64,000 nt of DNA. It comes from Carcharhinus longimanus. Its lineage: Eukaryota. The translations under genes were made by a program, and so were the position numbers. Of the stretch, positions 59,866-64,000 are shown in pieces (the first letter of the stretch is position 1; the number at the start of each line of letters is the position of its first letter). Under the pieces are notes generated by a model, which was given only the letters and a program-made list of their open reading frames with translations, had not been told where the DNA came from and did no database searches. The DNA lies in contig JASCQW010000072.1 of NCBI GenBank assembly GCA_030264375.1, positions 67,170,209-67,234,208 of the forward strand, in the 5' to 3' direction.

Positions 59866-62800
59866 TATTACTGTTGGTTAGGCTACCATTAAGCTGCTAA
59901 GAGAGTTAGTTAGCTCTTTTTGGTCAAATTATCAAGGAACCAGACAGACTATAAATTGCACGTTAAATACTTTATTAATATCAAATTGTAACAACATTAA
60001 AATTGGGTACACATATTTAGTGTGCGTGCATGTCAAAGTTAACTAATAGTTGAGTGGCAATGATTTAAGATTGTTTAACAAAACAAGCATCATAAACTTC
60101 ACAGACATTACCATATACCACTATAAATCATTGCTAATGAATGTTGAATATTAATTATAACAATGACCAGAGTCTGAGGCTATAAACTGGTGAGGTTACT
60201 TAAACCTAATTCCTTAAATAGCTGTTGAAGTAACAGCTTTAAATAGCAAGTCAATCAAATAGCTGAACTAATCAACTATAATTAACTGTATTCAAAGTTT
60301 AAACAACTTCATCCTCACAAATGGTTTGGTTGGATCAATCTTCTTTCTTAACTGGAAAGCAAGCATTAGCTTCCAGAATGTTAAATTGAGGAAACCTTTG
60401 TGACAGGATTAACTGTTCTGCTTGGATATTCAGTTCCAACTGATTCCACCCAACACAAGAAATAACATTGCTAAACTGACTTCCCTCTCACACTTCTCAA
60501 TCTCAGACTGCTCTTAGCACTACCTCTTACTGAATTATATCAAATTCAGCTTCTAACCTGAACAATGTAATTGTAAGGATAAGTTATACAGCATTTTAGT
60601 AAAAGTTATTGGAGAAGATGTATGGAGGTCTTCTTTTAATTAATGCAGAGGCTGAGACAGAAAAAGAGAAAGAAAACTCTACTTTTAGCTGACTCATGTA
60701 CTGCTATGGCCCACTATATTTCCAGTATAAATTATCTTTAAAAGTCAGTGTTGAAGCAATGAACTGCAGGCAGAATGGATCAGCTTTTACAACTTAAACA
60801 CTTACTTTATGCCTTAATTTTCATAATTATGAAGGGTTGTGACTTGTTAATATCTCACCAAGTGTTCCTTACCTGGCCTGACTTTACGACTTAATTATTT
60901 CGTAGTGTAATTCCTAAATTAATTCTTCAACTCTGGCCTTAGTTTAACAGCTGTGAGAGTCTCTCCGCAATTGGCATATCGGTAGCGGTCTCTGCCTTTT
61001 CACCCAGAGATGGAGAGATTTCTTTAACAATCCCCACACAACATTGGCACCTCAGGGTCTGGGTGGCACCAATTGAGATAAATTGTGACTTTCAGGGAGA
61101 TTTGGTGTAAAACAAACTACAGAGACACACCAGAGAACAACGGTCTGCTTTGTTGCACAATAACGTTGGTCTTCCTTCTTAAACTGTTTGTCTTCCAGAT
61201 ACTCCTGAATTTTTTCCAACTGGCTTTCCCCACTTTTTCGTATTGAAGTCCTTGGATTCTCACATAAGATTTAAACAATTTTTTTTACGAGTCAACCTAA
61301 TGACTATTGAAATTGGAAACTGCTGAATGAATGAGGAAACTTTTTAATCANNNNNNNNNNNNNNNNNNNNNNNNNNNNNNNNNNNNNNNNNNNNNNNNNN
61401 NNNNNNNNNNNNNNNNNNNNNNNNNNNNNNNNNNNNNNNNNNNNNNNNNNGGAAACTTTTTAATCACTGGACACCGCTGCTATCTCTGTGCTGGATCTGC
61501 AGGACAACTCAGTTGTGTGGAGCAAGAGATAATAATTGTTCACAGAGATGGGGTCTTGAATGGAGAACCAGACTGTAAAGTGTATCCCAAATAACCTCAC
61601 TGAGCCATTATTTATTGTATCTTGCTACTGGCCAAGATGTGTTTGATTTATACACACATCTAAGATTTTTTTGTTGATTCCTGTTTCCGATAACCATATT
61701 GTTCTGATGGTATGAGAAGCACCTCCTTTCATCCCTTTAACAGTGCCTGAAGTAGATTCGTTGGCCAATGAGTGATTGCCCAGAAAACTCCTACAAGGTA
61801 GAATTTTACCATCATTTTGGATTGTCAACCTTCCAGGTTTGTTCTGTAGTTTCTTGAAGGTTAATCTCTGGGACATACCAGGAGAAAAAACAAAAGGGAC
61901 ATGAAAGAAACAAATCATTTTCTTTCAACACTTCTCTTAATCAGTTTTTAAAATGTGGGAATTGGGAAAGCAAATAGTTGGTATCATCCATTTGGGTGAA
62001 AAAGACACTGCTCACTTACCGATTGACTTGGAAAGGCTGGCAGCATGAGAATTGACAGATTAGGCGACCAATGTGGAGAGTGTAGAGGCACACCACGTGG
62101 AGATTATGCGATATAAACCCTCAAGAACGCAGAGGTAGCAGTCCTACCATTTCTGGGCGTTCAACAAGAGATTGCACCACTCCAAGACCTCCTTCAGGGG
62201 TATATTCCCTTATATAATCACTTATCTCCCAAACCAGTCTGTAATCTTGACCTACTCTTGTCCTTCAACCAATACACCAACAGATTTATTGCTTTTTTAA
62301 GGGATCTTGATGGCATCCCTGTTTGATAAGCAAAAACAACCAGTGTGCTTGCAAGTAATTCTTTGGGAGTGATTTTGACTTTGGTCAATAGTATAAAAGA
62401 GTCTTCACTTCTCTTCATTGAACATGTAAATTGAAAGAGATATCTGACAGGCAGCTGATACAATTTTAGTCAAAATCAACAATACTATCTCGTGTGGAAA
62501 GCACTTTAAGATATTTCTGAGCGACTTGTTTTTTTTGATGTGACAGACATCATTTGTACATTTGTCAGAAATATAAAAACCACTGAAAAAGCTTGCTAGG
62601 TCATAATCTTTTATTATACAGCTGGTGCCACCACTCAGAGGAATGGAGAGTTTCCTTCTGGCTGTCTCCAAAGGTGCAGCCTAGTGCATTCAACTGGACC
62701 AACCACATTGAGACCAATGTGAGGGATTGTACCAGACATGGTTCAAATCCTCACCTTTCTCTTTGAAATGTGGCATCATCCTTCGAGTCCAGATGCCCTA

Positions 62801-64000
62801 TCTTGTCTGTTTTATGACTGCACAGTATATAGCAGAGCAGCCTGCAAGGCAACAGAAAGTTATTCCCAGTATACATTCAGGCATGTACGTGCCACATGTA
62901 TGAAATATGCCCTAATTACTCATTACATTGGGCCATTGTAGTCTACTCACACAGAATGATCCCCAACAGGATAGTGCATAGCAACTGATCACAATCCCTT
63001 CAATTTGATTTTGAGATGAATGTGTTATTCTATTACCCACTCCCACAGAATTGTAAGCAGCCAGTGTACAATGCAGTCTTTTCTGCAATTGAGTCCTTGT
63101 TTAACAAGTTGTCTGTTTATTACTTCTCAATACTGTATATTAATGCAAATTGCTGAGAGGATAGTGCTCAATAGTGTGCTCTGTATGGACAAAGGGATGA
63201 TTATGTATAAAAGGTTGCTTCAAGGAGGCCTGCACCACTAGAAAATGGTCAGACCTCACAAGTGTAGGTAAACTTATTATAGAGTCGCTCTCTGCTGCAT
63301 TCTATTCAGAATTTGTGTGTTTCTTGTAATCGGTAATAAAAAAGATTTTTTTTTTAATAAATTAGTGTTATTGCTAATTTGTTATAGCTGGGAATTGGAA
63401 TGTGATGATTTCATTCTTTATTCACCTCAGCAGCAGGGTGAGATATTGAAATTTATGAAAATAGATTGAAAATTAGAATAGGCCTGAATTTGTTGAAAAA
63501 AATCAGCCTGCGAACAATGCATTTCATGATTAATGTGCAAATTAATGAGCGACTTCTGGCAAGGAAAAGATAGCCCATGAATTACAAATCACCACAACTT
63601 GCTGAGGCCCCTCTGTTCACTTTGCAAAAACTGCATTTTGCACTTCACTTAGTCATGACTGTCATGAAGTCATTGCAATTGCACATTAATTGCTCATTAA
63701 ACTCAACACCAACATTAATAGTCAGAACCTTTTTATCAACATGATCGTTGTTAATGATTGCCAATCAACTTCCCTAGCCCTGTAAGTAAACAATTAAAAG
63801 TGTGGAGCCTTACTGCTTCTGGGCTGGAGATACTCAGAATATGAAGTTTTAAAGTGTAAGTTTTCCTTTCTGTCTAGCGCTTCTGTCACTCTTAATCCAG
63901 TTTTTATTTCCCTCTCTTTCTTTCTCTGTGGACCTGATTCAACATTGAACTCATCTGCTTTAATTCACCCTCTTCACTGTTTCCTCTGTGTATTTCTTAA

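Noticed and set aside
63480-63760. TAAT-rich block with internal inverted motifs
   Set aside because: Probably an old dispersed repeat; cannot define ends or family.

Overview
Eukaryotic, repeat-rich (N-gapped draft) vertebrate DNA; the repeat families (HE1/V-SINE-like SINEs, HER1/CR1 LINE tails, L2, LF-SINE-like, Penelope-derived elements) point to an elasmobranch (shark) genome (inference). The only host gene I can support is the 3' part of TRIM44 on the + strand: a 240-nt coiled-coil exon (9424-9663) and a 20-nt micro-exon (10298-10317); its terminal exon is unresolved. The rest is intron/intergenic DNA with decayed CR1/L2/Rex LINEs, SINEs, TIR elements, a decayed Ty3/Gypsy element (33.3-36.7 kb) and a decayed Ty1/Copia pol fragment. 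Almost all ORF-track entries are spurious or TE debris. The most striking unexplained signal: two TSD-flanked, inverted-arm, hammerhead-ribozyme-bearing Penelope-type insertions (16.3 kb, 47.9 kb) each carry at their internal junction a copy of DNA lying 0.5-0.9 kb upstream, and a third 42-bp locally templated inverted insertion sits at 20.27 kb. All family assignments are from recognition, not database searches.
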